From assembly GCA_012295275.1 (NCBI GenBank), contig CM022677.1, positions 9,424,001 through 9,488,000 on the forward strand: DNA of 64,000 nt, read 5' to 3'. The notes under the pieces were generated by a model. That model ran no database searches, had not been told where the DNA came from, and saw nothing but the letters and a program-made list of their open reading frames with translations. Below, one piece after another: positions 13,756 through 29,006 of this stretch. Origin of the DNA: Chrysomallon squamiferum. Taxonomy: Eukaryota; Animalia; Mollusca. Position 1 is the stretch's first letter, and each line of letters opens with the position of its first letter. The position numbers and the translations under genes were made by a program.

Positions 13756-15905
13756 CCACTCACTACACAGCCTGCCGCAGTGGCTATACTCACTGTAACA
13801 TCAAAATCATTCACTATCAATACATTCACTATAATACATAAAAATCATTTACTACATTCACTGTAACACATCAAAATCATTCACTATCACTACCTTCACT
13901 GTAACATCAAAATCATTCACTATCACTACATTCACTGTAACACATCAAAATCATTCACTATCACTACATTCACCGTAACACATCAAAATCATTCACTATC
14001 ACTACATTCAATATAATACATCAAAATCATTCACTACATTCACTGTAACACATCAAAATTATTCACTATCACTACATTCACTGTAACACATCAAAATCAT
14101 TCACTATCACTATATTCACTGTAAAACATCAAAATCATTGACTATCACTACATTCACTGTAACACATCAAAATCATTCACTATCTGTAAAACAGAGGAAA
14201 TCTAAACAAAACTTTTAAATTGCATAGATTACAGTGGTAGCAGTGGTTGTAATGGTGTGTCTCCACTTTGCTATTGTTCTTATATAGAAAGCACTGATGT
14301 GCACTAATCCCTAGTACAATATGTGATTATGGTATAGTCTAATTCAATAAATAACTTGTAAAACATCCATTTTAACATTAACAATAGTCGTAACATCCAC
14401 TTTAGCCTTCAGTTTATTGCATGTGACAATAAATTGCATATGGCAATAATTCATAATTCATATAACATTCACTGCATTCACCTTCTATAAATCAGTTTAC
14501 AGTCATTCATGACTTTCACTGATCAAGGTCCAATTGAAGCATACATAGTCGCAGTTCAAAGTCCTACTAAATGGGAACTTGACGTGTGCATTTGCCATCA
14601 TGATGTGTTAGTGAATGTAGTGACAGTTGATGATTTTGATGTGTTAGTGAATGTAGTGACAGTTGATGATTTTGATGTGTTACAGTGAATGTAGTGAAAG
14701 TCGATGATTTTGATGTGTTACAGTGAATGTAGTGACAGTCAATGATTTCGATGTGTTACAGTGAATGTAGTGACAGTCGATGATTTTGATGTGTTACAGT
14801 GAATGTAGTGATAGTCGATGAATTTTGAGTGATAGTCGATGTTTTAGTGAATGTAGTTTTGATGTTTGTGTTAGTGTCGATGATTTTGACAGTGAATGAG
14901 TTTTTTGATGTGTTAGTGAATTAGTGAATGATTTTGAGTGATAGTCGATGATTTTGATTTTGATGTTAGTGAATGTAGTGATAGTGATGATTTTTTGATG
15001 TGAGTGAATTTTGATGAATGATTTTGATGTGAATGAATAGTGACAGTCGATGATTTTGATGTGTTAGTGAATGTAGTGATAGTCGATTTTGATTTTGATG
15101 TTTTGATTTTGATGAATTTAGAATGATAGTCGATGATTTTGATGTGTTAGTGAATGTAGTGACAGTTGATGATTTTGATGTGTGATAGTCGATGATTTTG
15201 AATGTGAATGTAGTGATAGTGATTTTGATGTGCTGATTTTGATGTGTTACAGTGAATGTAGTGACAGTCGATGATTTTGATGTGTTACAGTGAATGTAGT
15301 GATAGTCGATGATTTTGATGTGTTACAGTGAATGTAGTGATAGTCGATGAGTTTGATGTGTTACAGTCAATGTAGTGATAGTCGATGATTTTGATGTGTT
15401 AGTGAATGTAGTGATAGTCGATGATTTTGATGTGTTACGGTGAATGTAGTGATTGTCGATGATTTTGATGTGTTACAGTGAATGATTTTGATGTGTTACA
15501 GTGAATGATTTTGATGTGTTACAGTGAATGTAGTGATAGTCGATGATTTTGATGTGTTAGTGAATGTAGTGATAGTCGATTATTTTGATGTGTTACAGTG
15601 AATGTAGTGATAGTCGATGATTTTGATGTGTTACAGTGAATGTAGTGATAGTCGATGATTTTGATGTGTTACGGTGAATGTAGTGATTGTCGATGATTTT
15701 GATGTGTTACAGTGAATGATTTTGATGTGTTACAGTGAATGATTTTGATGTGTTACAGTGAATGTAGTGACAGTCGATGATTTTGATGTGTTAGTGAATG
15801 TAGTGATAGTCGATGATTTTGATGTGTTACGGTGAATGTAGTGATAGTGAATGATTTTGATGTTACAGTGAGTATAGGCACTGTGGCAGGCTGTGTAGCG
15901 AGTGG
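13756..15905. mobile_element. Foldback-like non-autonomous element with long TIRs made of 38-bp tandem repeats
   Basis: Left end CCACTCACTACACAGCCTGCCGCAGTGGCTATACTCACTGTAACATCAAAATC matches the reverse complement of the right end (...GAGTATAGGCACTGTGGCAGGCTGTGTAGCGAGTGG) with 3 mismatches. Arms are arrays of CACTGTAACACATCAAAATCATTCACTATCACTACATT (13791-14183) and its reverse complement (~14601-15870); unique spacer ~14184-14600. No TSD identified. Confidence 0.7.
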
Positions 15906-16426
15906 TAGCAGTGTATGTGTATACTTTTGTTTAACATTACTCACTCACATAAACATGAATATGTATGTGCTATCATCATACAACTGTAGTTAAGGTTACT
16001 CATTTGAACAATTTTCATGTGTGTTGTGATTGAGAGATAAGATTAGATCAGGACATTATGATGTGATTATAACTGCATCGTATACTCGTATTTAGTGAAC
16101 CAGACCACAGCCTCCCACGCAATGTTACCATGAATCTTCAGCATCCGGCAAAGTGGGAATAAATCGTTGTAACAGTAGCAGCACTAGTAGTAGAAATTGT
16201 TGTTGTAGTAGTTGTTGTAGTCATAGTAACAGTAGTAGTTGTTGTAGGCACAATCAGTTACTTCACAACTTGTGTGAAGATGAGTTGTCTGATACACAAA
16301 GATACTTGATTATAGGTCAGCCAATCTCATTTAAAGCTGCAGATGTAAAAAAAAAAAAAAAAAAAAAAAAAATAAAAAATGTTGAAATGACCTGTCAGAT
16401 ACACAGATGTTTATATTGGCAAACAG

Positions 16427-16463
<37 letters not shown>

Positions 16464-19452
16464 TGTCAATCTGATTATTATGATGATTAAAAAGAAATAC
16501 AATTTTTCTTTAATATCAAAATAAAAATATTAAGAAAGAAGTTAATTCTGTCATCATGATGATATTTTTCTGAAAACTTCAGGAAAGATAAACCTCTTCT
16601 CATCTCATGGTATCTACCAGAATTGAAAAATATATCTAAATTTCCAGCAGCACATAAGAAAACTGGCAGGCACACAGTTATAAACAATAGGAATAAACAC
16701 AATTTTTTATCATTCTGTGAAATGACTGAGAAAAGCTGGTGACAGCATGGAAATGAACAAAATACTTTAATCTCATTTTTTGTAAATTTTATTCATGGAG
16801 CTGTCTGAGAGAAAAATGAGTTTGCTATCAGCCCGCGTCTGACTAAACTGGCAGAAACACCAAGCCTGTCAGAGGTAGAGTCACTCGTGTGATAACCTGT
16901 AGTAGTCATTGCTGTTGTAGTTGTGTTGTACTAGCAATGTTGCCAGCACTCATCTCTTTTAGCTAATTAAAGACAATCACGTGCTGGTAATGGCAGTAGT
17001 AGTGGTGGTAATTGTTCTGCTTGTAGTAGTTATAGTAGATGAGTAGATGATGTTGTAGTTATGGTAATTATAGTACAGTGTCTTTAGTAATTGTTATGGT
17101 AATAATTGTAGTTGTTGTTGTAGTAATAGTCAGTTGTTGTTGTGTAGTTGAAATAGTTGTTCTTGAAGTAGTAACAATAATAATAAAATGTTTTCTTTTC
17201 AATAACTGTGTGTGTTTGTGTGTGTTATTAATTTTTTTAAATTAATTTTTATTATTATTTAATTATTCTACATAACAGTAACTGGATGATATCATTTCTC
17301 ATAACACAGAGCAAAACATATTTGACTTTGTTGTTGAAGAATTCTGTCTTAACGAAAAGCGGTCAGTTTATGTATTTTATCTGCTATTCATTAAAACTCA
17401 TCTCACTCCATATGGGTGACACAGGACTCTAAGTATGATTTATTCTCATTAAATTGTGGACGAGAAAAGTAAATCATTTTTAGTAGAGCAGGGTTGAGTA
17501 GTAAGAGTGGCAGAGGGAGACAATTATGTATGGATGTTGGTGTTAACAGGTTATTGTGGACATGAAGAGTACTTGATGGTCAGGCAGATAATGACAGAGA
17601 GAAAGTCCAAGTGTCTGGGATGTTTATGTAGATGTCAGAGTTTCTGTAGAATATCACAGATTTCAGAATGATGGTGGTGCATTCTTAAAGTAGGTAATCA
17701 CCAGAGAAGATGATTGTTTGAATTCGTGTTTTTACTTAGTTTCTCTGTGTAATGCAGCTGTCTGAAGACCAGACTTTATACACCAGAACATGATTCTTTG
17801 TTTCTATTTTTATTTTTTAATACCCTTTAATAAAATGTAGCAACTGAAATTCTGTAAGAGAATCAAGAATAATGAGCTCTGCAAATGAAGTAACAATAAT
17901 TTGAGTGTTTTCAGTAATTTTGTTTTTTAGTAATCTAAATTTTCAGTTTACACTGTCATGCTGTTCAGTCTTTTCTGTTAAATCTAGAAAAACAGAGAAT
18001 CACAATTTTTCTTTTAAATCAAAGAAAAAAAGAAGAAAAAGTCTGATAAAATTGATAGATGGAGCCTGCTTTGTACAAAAAAACAACAAAAAAATTAATA
18101 TGTGCTGTCAAGAGAAATAAATTTGTACTACTTCATCAAGTCTTGTCTTCAATCACCAACAAGCACACTACTTGTAGACCAATCAATCTACAAAACAGAC
18201 AAGTTATCTTTTTAAAACAACACAAACTACTTACATTAACATTAACTGTCTGTAAGTCCTCAGACTGTAATCTAATTAAAACACCTATGTCTGTTGTGTT
18301 TGTCTAATGAACGATGTACAGTTGTAAAGCACTAGTTAAAGATTAATCAAATGATCCCCACTAGTCCCCTTCATCACCCATTCCTTGACTGGTTGGGTGT
18401 GTCTCAGTGACCCAAAGAGCTGTACCAGCAGGAGCTGGTGGAGGTGGGGAGGCAGGCAAGGATGAGGTAACTGAAACCCGAGTGCTGAAGTGCAAGTGCT
18501 GCACTGCACAGTGCAGTGTACCAGAAGCCAAACAGTTGTTATGACTACAGTCAGCTGTTTTGTAATAATCTGAAAAACATCATGGCAAGGTCTGACACAC
18601 CTCAACAACAACAACAATAATAATAATGCATATTTCTTAAAACAGTGTGTAAAAGAAAATTTATCAGTATGCTGTAGTGATATTAAATTCAAAAACAAAA
18701 AAAATTAAAAATAACATTTTTCTTTTCAGTAGTATTGAATTAAAATGTTTTTGTACATGAAATGCTGTGAAGGAAGATGATGGTGTGTAATCTTCTCTAA
18801 GTTTTAATACAGACATTCTGCCACAAGTAAAATTAATTTGTTTGTTTTGAGATTTAGAGAATGGCTTATTTCCAATTCTAACAAATGACCACACTTTAGG
18901 ATTTCATTAAAAGGCAGATAGTTTCCACTTTACATAAAGAATAGATTTAATTTACTTAATTATTTTTTTTTACCCATTTCTGAGTTTTTTTTCTAGATAT
19001 CTCATAAAATGAGGCAGCATGAGATGTTTTTAAAATGACTGATACGTCTGCTGGCAGACTGATTTACAACTATTATATGTTTCTCACTACAGACTAGAAA
19101 CCAGTCAATCTTTCTCTGGAGTAAACAGTCTACTTAAGTCTGTATTTTTTGCCTGTCAGAAGAAACGATTTTTTCTGTTAGAGCATGGATTTGTAAAACA
19201 TTTGAATTTTTTTCTCATCAATAAAACAACCATGCACAAACCTGTCAGAACTACCAGTGTGCTTTCTTTATACATCATCTTTCTCTTCATGTTATCTTTC
19301 TCTTCATGTTATCTTTCTCTTTATGTCATCTTTCTCTTCATGTTATCGTTCTCTTTATGTCATTCTAGTTAGGTTATATACCTCTTCATGTTAACTTTCT
19401 TGTTATACACATTATCTTTCTCTTTATACATCTGTCTCATTATAAATTATCA

Positions 19453-20340
19453 AATCAAACTGATGTTAACACTGACTACCTAACACTGTCTGTGACATGA
19501 ATCAAACTGATGTTAACACTGATTACCTAACACTGTCTGTGACATGAATCAAACTGATGTTAACACTGATTACTTAACGCTGTCTGTGACATGAATCAAA
19601 CTGATGTTAACACCTGATTACCTAACACTGTCTGTGACATGAATCAAACTGATGTTAACACTGATTACCTAACACTGTGAAATGAATCAAACTGATGTTA
19701 ACAACTGATTACCTAACACTGTCTGTGACATGAATCAAACTGTTAACATCTGCTTACCTAACACTGTCTGTGACATGAATCAAACTGATGTTAACACCTG
19801 ATTACCTAACACTGTCTATGACATGAATCAAACTGATGTTAACACCTGATTACCTAACACTGTCTGTGACATGAATCAAACTGATGTTAACACCTGATTA
19901 CCTAACACTGTCTGTGACATGAATCAAACTGATGTTAACACTGTCTATGACATGAATCAAACTGATGTTAACAACTGATTACCTAACACTGTCTGTGAAA
20001 TGAATCAAACTCATGTTAACACTGATTACCTAACACTGTCTGTGAAATAAATCAAACTGCTGTTAACACCTGATTACCTAACACTGTGACATGAATCAAA
20101 CTGATGTTAACACCTGATTACCTAACACTGTCTCTGACACGAATCAAACTGATGTTAACACATGATTACCTAACACTGTCTCTGACATGAATCAAACTGA
20201 TGTTAACACCTGATTACCTAACACTGTCTCTGACATGAATCAAACTGATGTTAACACCTGATTACCTAACACTGTCTGTGACATGAATCAAACTGATGTT
20301 AACACCTGATTACCTAACACTGTCTGTGACATGAATCAAA
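19453..20340. repeat. 47-48-bp minisatellite (AATCAAACTGATGTTAACACCTGATTACCTAACACTGTCTGTGACATG)
   Basis: About 18-19 tandem copies; scrambled fragments continue to ~21130. Confidence 0.95.
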
Positions 20341-21281
20341 CTGATGTTTGATTACCTAACTTGATTGTGACATGAATCAAACTAATGACTGATTGTGTAA
20401 CAGTATCATGAATCAAACTGATGTTAACACTACAGATTCTGATGTTTATATTAGCAGAACTCAATAATAGAAATCAAACTAGTTTGATTAATTAACACTA
20501 GTGACATGAATCAAACTGATGAATTACCTAACCTGTGTCTGTGACATGAATCAAACTGATGTTTGATTACCTAACACTGTCTGTGACATGTATCAAAATG
20601 GCCTGATTCAATGTCTGACATGAATCAAACTGATGACAATATTACCTAACACTGTCTAAAACAAATGATGTTAAAATTCAGTATTTGAAAAAACTGAGTT
20701 AATGATTTCCATTGTCATGAATCAAAGTTTCTTTAGAATTTTCATAATCTGATTTTGATTAGCCAATTTTCAATCAAATTGATTTAAAGATTTAATCCAT
20801 ATATTAAAATAGCTGGAATCATAATTATAGACAAATTATGTTAACACTGATTTAATTTCATTGTTATTAAATTGATGTTATACCATTATCGAGAATAAAT
20901 CAAACTAATACATTTCATTATTGAAATAAATCAAACTGATGATTGATTACAGAATTTTTTTTAGACCTGATTACCTAAACCAGCTGAATCCTTAAACCAT
21001 AATATTTCATTGTCAGTTTAGCAAATATTTACAAATGCATTTTATGCACTTGAATCAAACTGAGACACACACACACAATGACATGAATCAAACTGATGTT
21101 AACACCTGATTACAGACTCACAAAAAAAATCAAACTGACATACAATAAAGGCTGAAAATATGAAGAAATGTTTCCATAAATTTCACCTATTGTCTACAAA
21201 TATTTTATTTAAAAATAATAATAAACAAATAAATAAATAAATAACTATATAAAAAAATTTAAAAATAAATAAACACAGACA

Positions 21282-21317
<36 letters not shown>

Positions 21318-21804
21318 AAACAACTATGAATAAATAAATAATAATAAAAAAGTTTTATATTTAAAATAAAAAATACAAAAATAATTTAATAATAATAATA
21401 AAAAATATACTGGATTACGCATCTGAATTTATTTGTTTTCTTTTGTCTGCGAAATCTATTTCATCTTCCAATTTTACAACTTATTTAACTTTAATAAGAG
21501 TTTAATTACATAAATTTCAGCTACACCTTTAATTAAACATCACCCAGTTAAATTAACTTCTTTTTTTTTTTGTTCAACTGGTTGCCAAAATTTTCTGCAG
21601 TTTAAATTGGGCAAACAGGCTGACAGTTTGACTTGCAGTTTACTTGCTTAAAAAACATTAAACTGATACAAAAAGCAAGATTTGTAGATTTAATTAAAAC
21701 AACAAAAAAGCTCTGAAAAACATTTCTTTATAATTCAGCTTTATTTCATTTTTTAATTTGTTTTCTCTTATCAAATTTTTAAATTATTTTATTCATGTTT
21801 TAAA

Positions 21805-23290
21805 TTTTGATGTGTTACAGTGAATGATTTTGATGTGTTACAGTGAATGATTTTGATGTGTTACAGTGAATGATTTTGATGTGTTACAGTGAATGTAGTG
21901 ATAGTCGATGATTTTGATGTGTTAGTGAATGTAGTGATAGTCGATTATTTTGATGTGTTACAGTGAATGTAGTCAAAAAATAGTCGATGATTTTGATGTG
22001 TTACAGTGAATGTAGTGATAATCGATGATTTTTGATGTATTTAAAATGAATGTAAACAAGTGAAATAACTATATAAAATGATTTAAAATGTGTTACAGTG
22101 AATGATTTTGATGTGTTACAATGAATAAATTTTGATGTGTTACAGTGAATGTAGTGACAGTCGATGATTTTAATGTGTTAGTGAATGTAGTGATAGTCGA
22201 TGATTTTGATGTTTACGGTGAATGTAGTGATAGTGAATGATTTTGATGTTACAGTGAGTATAGGCACTGTGGCAGGCTGTGTAGCGAGTGGTAGCAGTGT
22301 ATGTGTATACTTTTGTTTAACATTACTCACTCACATAAACATGAATATGTATGTGCTATCATCACAACTGTAGTTAAGGTTACTCATTTTTTTTTTTTTT
22401 CACTGTGTGCAGTTTAAATTGAGAGATAAGATTAGATCAGGAAAATTATGATGTGATTATAACTGCATAGATTTAATAAAACAAAAAAAGTTTAAAAAAA
22501 AAAATAATTCAAAAATAATTAAATAATTTTTAAATTATTTTATTCATGTTTTTTATTTTAACGCATCAGTTGATTATACAGCACACACACACACACACAT
22601 CAAACAGTCAGTGATAATATTAATGATGCTAGGAGCCGTGATATAAAATATAATATCACCATTAATAACAAATGTGAAAAAAAAAAAAAAAAAAAAAAAA
22701 CTGAAAAAAATATTATAAGTATTTTAAATATAAGTGAAGTTAGGAATGCTCATATACATTTTTTTCATCATCATCAGTTATAAAAAAGAGAAAAGTTTTA
22801 AATATTTCTAACTTTAAACATATTGTAGCTAAAAAAACTTCTACTATCATCATACAAAAGAGAGAAAATAAATATTTTAACTTTAAATATAAGTAAAGGT
22901 AGGAATATTATGTTACACTGGCAGAAACACCAAGCCTGTCGAGTCACTCGTGTGATAACCTGTAGTAGTCATTGCTGTTGTAGTTGTGTTGTACTAGCAA
23001 TGTTGCCAGCACTCATCTCTTTTAGCTAATTAAAGACAATCACGTGCTGGTAATGGTAGTAGTAGTGGTGGTAATTGTTCTGCTTGTAGTAGTTATAGTA
23101 GATGAGTAGATGATGTTGTAGTTATGGTAATTATAGTACAGTGTCTTTAGTAATTGTTATGGTAATAATTGTAGTTGTTGTTGTAGTAATAGTCAGTTGT
23201 TGTTGTGTAGTTGAAATAGTTGTTCTTGAAGTAGTAACAATAATAATAAAATGTTTTCTTTTCAATAACTGTGTGTGTTTGTGAATGTTC

Positions 23291-23336
<46 letters not shown>

Positions 23337-23589
23337 AATTTTTTTAAATTAATTTTTATTATTATTTAATTATTCTACATAACAGTAACTGGATGATATC
23401 ATTTCTCATAACACAGAGCAAAACATATTTGACTTTGTTGTTGAAGAATTCTGTCTTAACGAAAAGCGGTCAGTTTATGTATTTTATCTGCTATTCATTA
23501 AAACTCATCTCACTCCATATGGGTGACATAGGACTCTAAGTATGATTTATTCTCATTAAATTGTGGACAAGAAAAGTAAATCATTTTTA
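21805..23589 (+). repeat. Local direct duplication of ~15460-16075 (at 21805-22470) and ~16846-17481 (at 22914-23589)
   Basis: Near-identical blocks with offsets of ~6.39 kb and 6.07 kb, including the right arm and flank of the foldback-like element. Confidence 0.85.
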
Positions 23590-24683
23590 CTGGTAATTGT
23601 TCTGCTTGTAGTAGTTATAGTAGATGAGTAGATGATGTTTTAAATATTTTGCTTTAAATTTATTACTACCAATCTGACTTTTCTTACTGAAGTTTTATGT
23701 TAGCAGTAAAATACATAAATATTTTAACTGTAGGAAACCTGTATCAGACACGTTTCTGTTCTGTTAGTGATATGTCAAATTATACTCAAGTTTTGAATAA
23801 TGTTAACTGACTAAAGTGCTGCAGTATTACACATTATCTATATTTAACTTTCTCACCTGATAACACTTCATACTGCTTTATTTCTGTATGTTATGTCAAC
23901 ATGACTAACATATAGTACTAACAATACAAAACCTCGTGAATTAATAATGAATGTAACATTCACAATTATAAAAATTTAAATCCTGAATAAAATACATTCT
24001 GAATGAATTATTAAAATAATACTCTTTAAATAATTAATGTCTTTTATAAAGTGAAAGGAATAATTAGTAATTTTTGACATTGTTAAACTACATAACCAAA
24101 GAAGAGTGAACAACACAAATGGGAGGCAATGCACTGATTTCCAGTCTTGTGCAAGTACATATATATGATAGATGTAAAAAAGAATTATAATAACTTTTCA
24201 CATCTTCAACAATCAGCTATACACTGTTCACCACAGTATAAACTCTGCCTGAATGGAGACTGGGTCTCACAGGGCAGATTCATGCAACCCTGCACACTCA
24301 CATTTGTGGAAGAAACTGCATTCGTATTACTAGCTGTATTTGATATCATTAAGAAAATATCAACTTTCAACTGCTCTTTTTTTTTTGAAGGGAACAGTTT
24401 GATCAGATATTTTACATTTAAAGTTTTATTTCATTATCAGTATGAGACAGAATATGAGACAATCCAAATTTATAAAATGAATCTAGCTAAGTCAAATTCT
24501 GAATTACTCTCAATCATAAAGTTACATATATACAGATTTAATTTTTTAAAGAGTTCCTTTCACATATAATATGAATATGAATATAAAATGCAATAACTTT
24601 TAGAGGTAATCTGTTATTATTTACATTTAAACTTTGGCAACCTCAATACATGTTAGCAACTACTGAAAACTGTATTTAAATAC

Positions 24684-24864
<181 letters not shown>

Positions 24865-25433
24865 GGCAATACAAAAAATATGTTCATTATGAATAAAGAC
24901 AGTTCACTATGTCAAACAGAGATAAATTTTGATTTCTTCCTTTATTGTCACTATAACCATATAAGAAAGACAATGATTTGAAATTTAGTACAGAAAAAAA
25001 CAAAACATGATTTCAGGATAGATAAATAAATAAACAACAACAAAAAATAAAAAATAAAATATTCTGGGAACAGTTTGTTTTGAAAAAGACATTTTAATGA
25101 AAAAGGAACATAATTTATTAGATTTTTTTTTTTTATGGATTTAGTGATATCAAAACATGTTTTAATGTGGAAGGTTATTGGGTTTTTTAATAATGATTAT
25201 TATATTAATAATGCATAAAGAAAAAAAAGAAGAAAACTCTCCTGCTTGCACAGATTACTCAGTTTAAAAGAAACAAGATCAATTTTAAATGACTGAACAG
25301 ACAGGAAACACATTCCCTTCATTTAGTAGTAGTAACGTATATATTAATAGTAGCAGTTTTTATTACCATTATATTTGGGGGTTCATTTTTCTTTCAAAAA
25401 TTAATCATGATGTAATGATTATATAGTAACAGT

Positions 25434-25830
25434 GCAATGATAAGGCAGTGATAATCTAATTATAATATAACTGCAATGATAATGTAATGATAATACAATG
25501 ATAACAAGGCAGTGATAATCTAATTATAATATAACTGCAATGATAATGTAATGATAATACAATGATAAGGCAGTGATAATCTAATTATAATATAACTGCA
25601 ATGATAATGTAATGATAATACAATGATAACAAAGTGATAATCTAATTATAATATAACTGCAATGATAATGTAATGATAATACAATGATAAGGCAGTGATA
25701 ATCTAATTATAATATAACTGCAATGATAATGTAATGATAATACAATGATAAGGCAGTGATAATCTAATTATAATATACTGCAGTGATAATGTAATGATAA
25801 TACAATGTCCATGCAATAATAAGGCAGTGA
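25434..25830. repeat. 61-bp minisatellite built from AATGAT-type subunits
   Basis: AAGGCAGTGATAATCTAATTATAATATAACTGCAATGATAATGTAATGATAATACAATGAT, about 6 copies. Confidence 0.9.
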
Positions 25831-26175
25831 TAATGAAATGATGATGCTGGATGATGAGAGGATGAGAGTAAACCACTGTTAACTTGTCAGTCTGTGTATG
25901 AAAGAACAGGCAGATTAGAGACTGACAAAAGCTAGAAACTGAGAGAATAACAACCTGTTGACAGAGAACCATCAACACAATGAGAGAAAGTTGTAACTTA
26001 AGTAACTTCACATCAGTTCTCTTTAATGCCATGACCAGCTCCAACCTACATTGTCACAAATAAACACAACTTAGAAAATTACCACTACTTATTTTCATTT
26101 TATCTTTTTTATATCTAAATTTGTAAATAACGTGTATTATTAATTAACCTCCCCCACATACATACATACACACTG

Positions 26176-26219
<44 letters not shown>

Positions 26220-26443
26220 CGTCTCTTGTGAAAAAGCAATTATTCAGAGATTCAGGGCATGTCTTGTGGTGCTGGTTGTAATGTGGAGGTTAATTGTGTG
26301 TCCACTGATAATTTCATCTAAATGACAGCGCCAGGCAGGACACGAATCTCTTTATTGTTATTGATTCTCACTGACGGAGCAAATCAAAGGAAAACTGAAA
26401 TGTCAGTAGACACTTAACTTGAGATAAACTATAAATAACACAA

Positions 26444-26481
<38 letters not shown>

Positions 26482-26654
26482 CAGATAAACATAAACGCAT
26501 ACATAATCAGGCATACACACAAAACATACATAGAAAAACATAGTCATGCACATTATATACAGACATATGAATATAATCTTTACTAATAATCAATTATTCA
26601 TACACTGTTCTTATCCATTCTACTGATGAGATTTTTGATAAAAGCAGACTCTAA

Positions 26655-26840
26655 ACAGATATAAAACTTCACATGCATTCTGTTTATTACAGTGAAGGTG
26701 ACTGTAAAACTACACATACATTCTGTTTATTACAGTAAAGTTGACTGTAAACAGATATACATCTTCACATTCATTCTGTGTATTACAGTAAAGTTAACTG
26801 TAAACAGATATACAACTTCACATTCATTTGTTTATTACAG
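26655..26840. repeat. Diverged ~50-bp tandem repeat
   Basis: CATTCTGTTTATTACAGTAAAGTTGACTGTAAACAGATATAC-like unit, 3-4 copies. Confidence 0.7.
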
Positions 26841-27033
26841 TCAGCTAGTACTCTCACAGTTTACTGAAAAATGTGTGTTTATTTGTTGTTTTTACATTAC
26901 AGTAATTTTAATAAATATGTTTCACAAACAGTTCCCAAGTTATTAATTGGTTTCACAACAATAAAGAAAGAAAAAGTAACCGATAAGTGGAATGAAACAA
27001 ATCCTCAAAGAACAAGTCCAATAATATATATAT

Positions 27034-27108
<75 letters not shown>

Positions 27109-27908
27109 CAAACTCGGCTTGCAGTAGTTATGTGATACTTCTATTCACTGGCTGTGTTCTTTTCAAACTATCAGGTTTATCACTCTGTTCACTACGTGTT
27201 ATATAAGCTGAGAACATTAAATAAAATAAAATAAAATAAAATAAAACAAAGAAATAAATAAACAAAAATAATTAAATAGAATCTTTAATTTTATGCTCTT
27301 TACACTTATTAAATAGTTTATTATGTAAGAGCAAATAAATAATTATATTATATGTTTTTAATTTTCATTTTTTATATGTCAACTGCAACATTTAAACTTT
27401 ATGAAGGAATTATGAACATTTACTTAAATTAAGTAAATGCACTTTACTATAATAAATATAAACTATAAGAATATAATAACATCTAAATTGAATGTTTGAG
27501 AGTTATGATAATTAGTTGAAATAACAACACAGAAACAAATGTCATTAATACCATCAGTACAATATAGAAATATACGACAAATTATTAATTAACTAAGGTT
27601 TCTAGAATTTGATTAGTGACATCCTGGAATAACAACAACCCCCCATTCATCCTCCCCAAAATAACACAAAAAATAACAACAACAACAACAACAACAAAAA
27701 TAAAAACATTCTATTAAAAGCGTAAAGAGGGATCTGTGACATGAAAAAACAAGTGACAATATAACACATTTGAAATAGTAGTGATTGCAGCAGCAAAACC
27801 CACATAGTGACAAACTAAACTGATGGTGACAACAGTAAACACAGCAAACAATGACAACAGCAAAATGATAGCAACAACACTGACATTATTTTGACAATGC
27901 CTCCTTAC

Positions 27909-28030
27909 CTGATGTATGACAACTTGGCATAGTCGAATCCTTCTGACTCCTTCACTTCCTCTCTGTCTTTGTCTTTTCTGTAACTTCCTTTCCGTCGAAA
28001 CGAGAACCGATTCACTGAAATACGCTCCAT
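27909..28030 (-). CDS. NAXE: NAXE alternative (proximal) first coding exon
   Basis: ATG at 28030 with an in-frame TAA upstream. MERISVNRFSFRRKGSYRKDKDREEVKESEGFDYAKLSYI + AG|gtaagg is a phase-2 donor that joins exon 387-495 to give ...[14 protein letters not shown], matching the conserved K-Y/F-L-S-Q start of the domain. Confidence 0.75.
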
Positions 28031-29006
28031 GATGTGCAACAGATTTTAATGTGAGAAAGCTGAGTTACAGGTGTCAAACAAAACTTGGCAACAACTTCAG
28101 AAAGAGATCTGTTCTAACAGTGCACTGACTAATGAAGATGGATTTGTTAGTATGACACTGTTAGTCAGCCTTATAGTTGAAAATCCAAAATGTTAAAATT
28201 TGGTCAAAATCTCCAAATATTTTGGGATACTTCCAGATGAATTCATTGCTGAATGAAAAAAAGAAAAGCAGAATTAGGTAGAAAAAGGAATCATCTGAGA
28301 AATACTGTATCAGCTGTATCTTGATGAGTTTCTAACTTGATAAACATTAAATCAGACAGGATTCTTTTACTCAATTTTCTTCTATGATTCTGTACAGACA
28401 AACATAAAACAGGAAGTACAGATTAAACATGAAATTAAAGAACATTCTTTAGACATTTTAATATTATCCTTTATTGCTACAGACTACAACTAAAATAAAG
28501 CCAGTAAAGCTAGGAACATCCAAGACTTTCTGCAGCTATCTGAAATTTATTGTCTGCATGTGTTCATATATATCATTTGTTTTTTCTCCTTCAACAGACT
28601 TTTCTACTGAATAGGCTTTTTATAAATTATAACCCATACATCAGTAAAAAGATTTAAAAAAATGTTAAATCTAATTAAAAGTGATTGCATTATCGATTTC
28701 CACAGAGTTAAGAAAAATTATAAGTTTCTATTTCTGTCATTCTGTATGTTTGTCTGGTACAGGGAAGGAAATTCAATTCTTTATGTGCCTATTTCCTCTC
28801 ATTCAAGCCAATAACAGTGTCTGAGTGAAACACAAAGTCGACACAAAGAAAAACTGATATTTCTAATGGCAACCAGTTGATCAAACACAACCACATACAT
28901 GCAATACATGTGATACAAACAAATGAAATAGAAAATCAATTCTCATAAAGTCCACAATTAAACACTTAAAATGGTGTTAGTGTGAAGATACTGGAGATAT
29001 GAGTCC

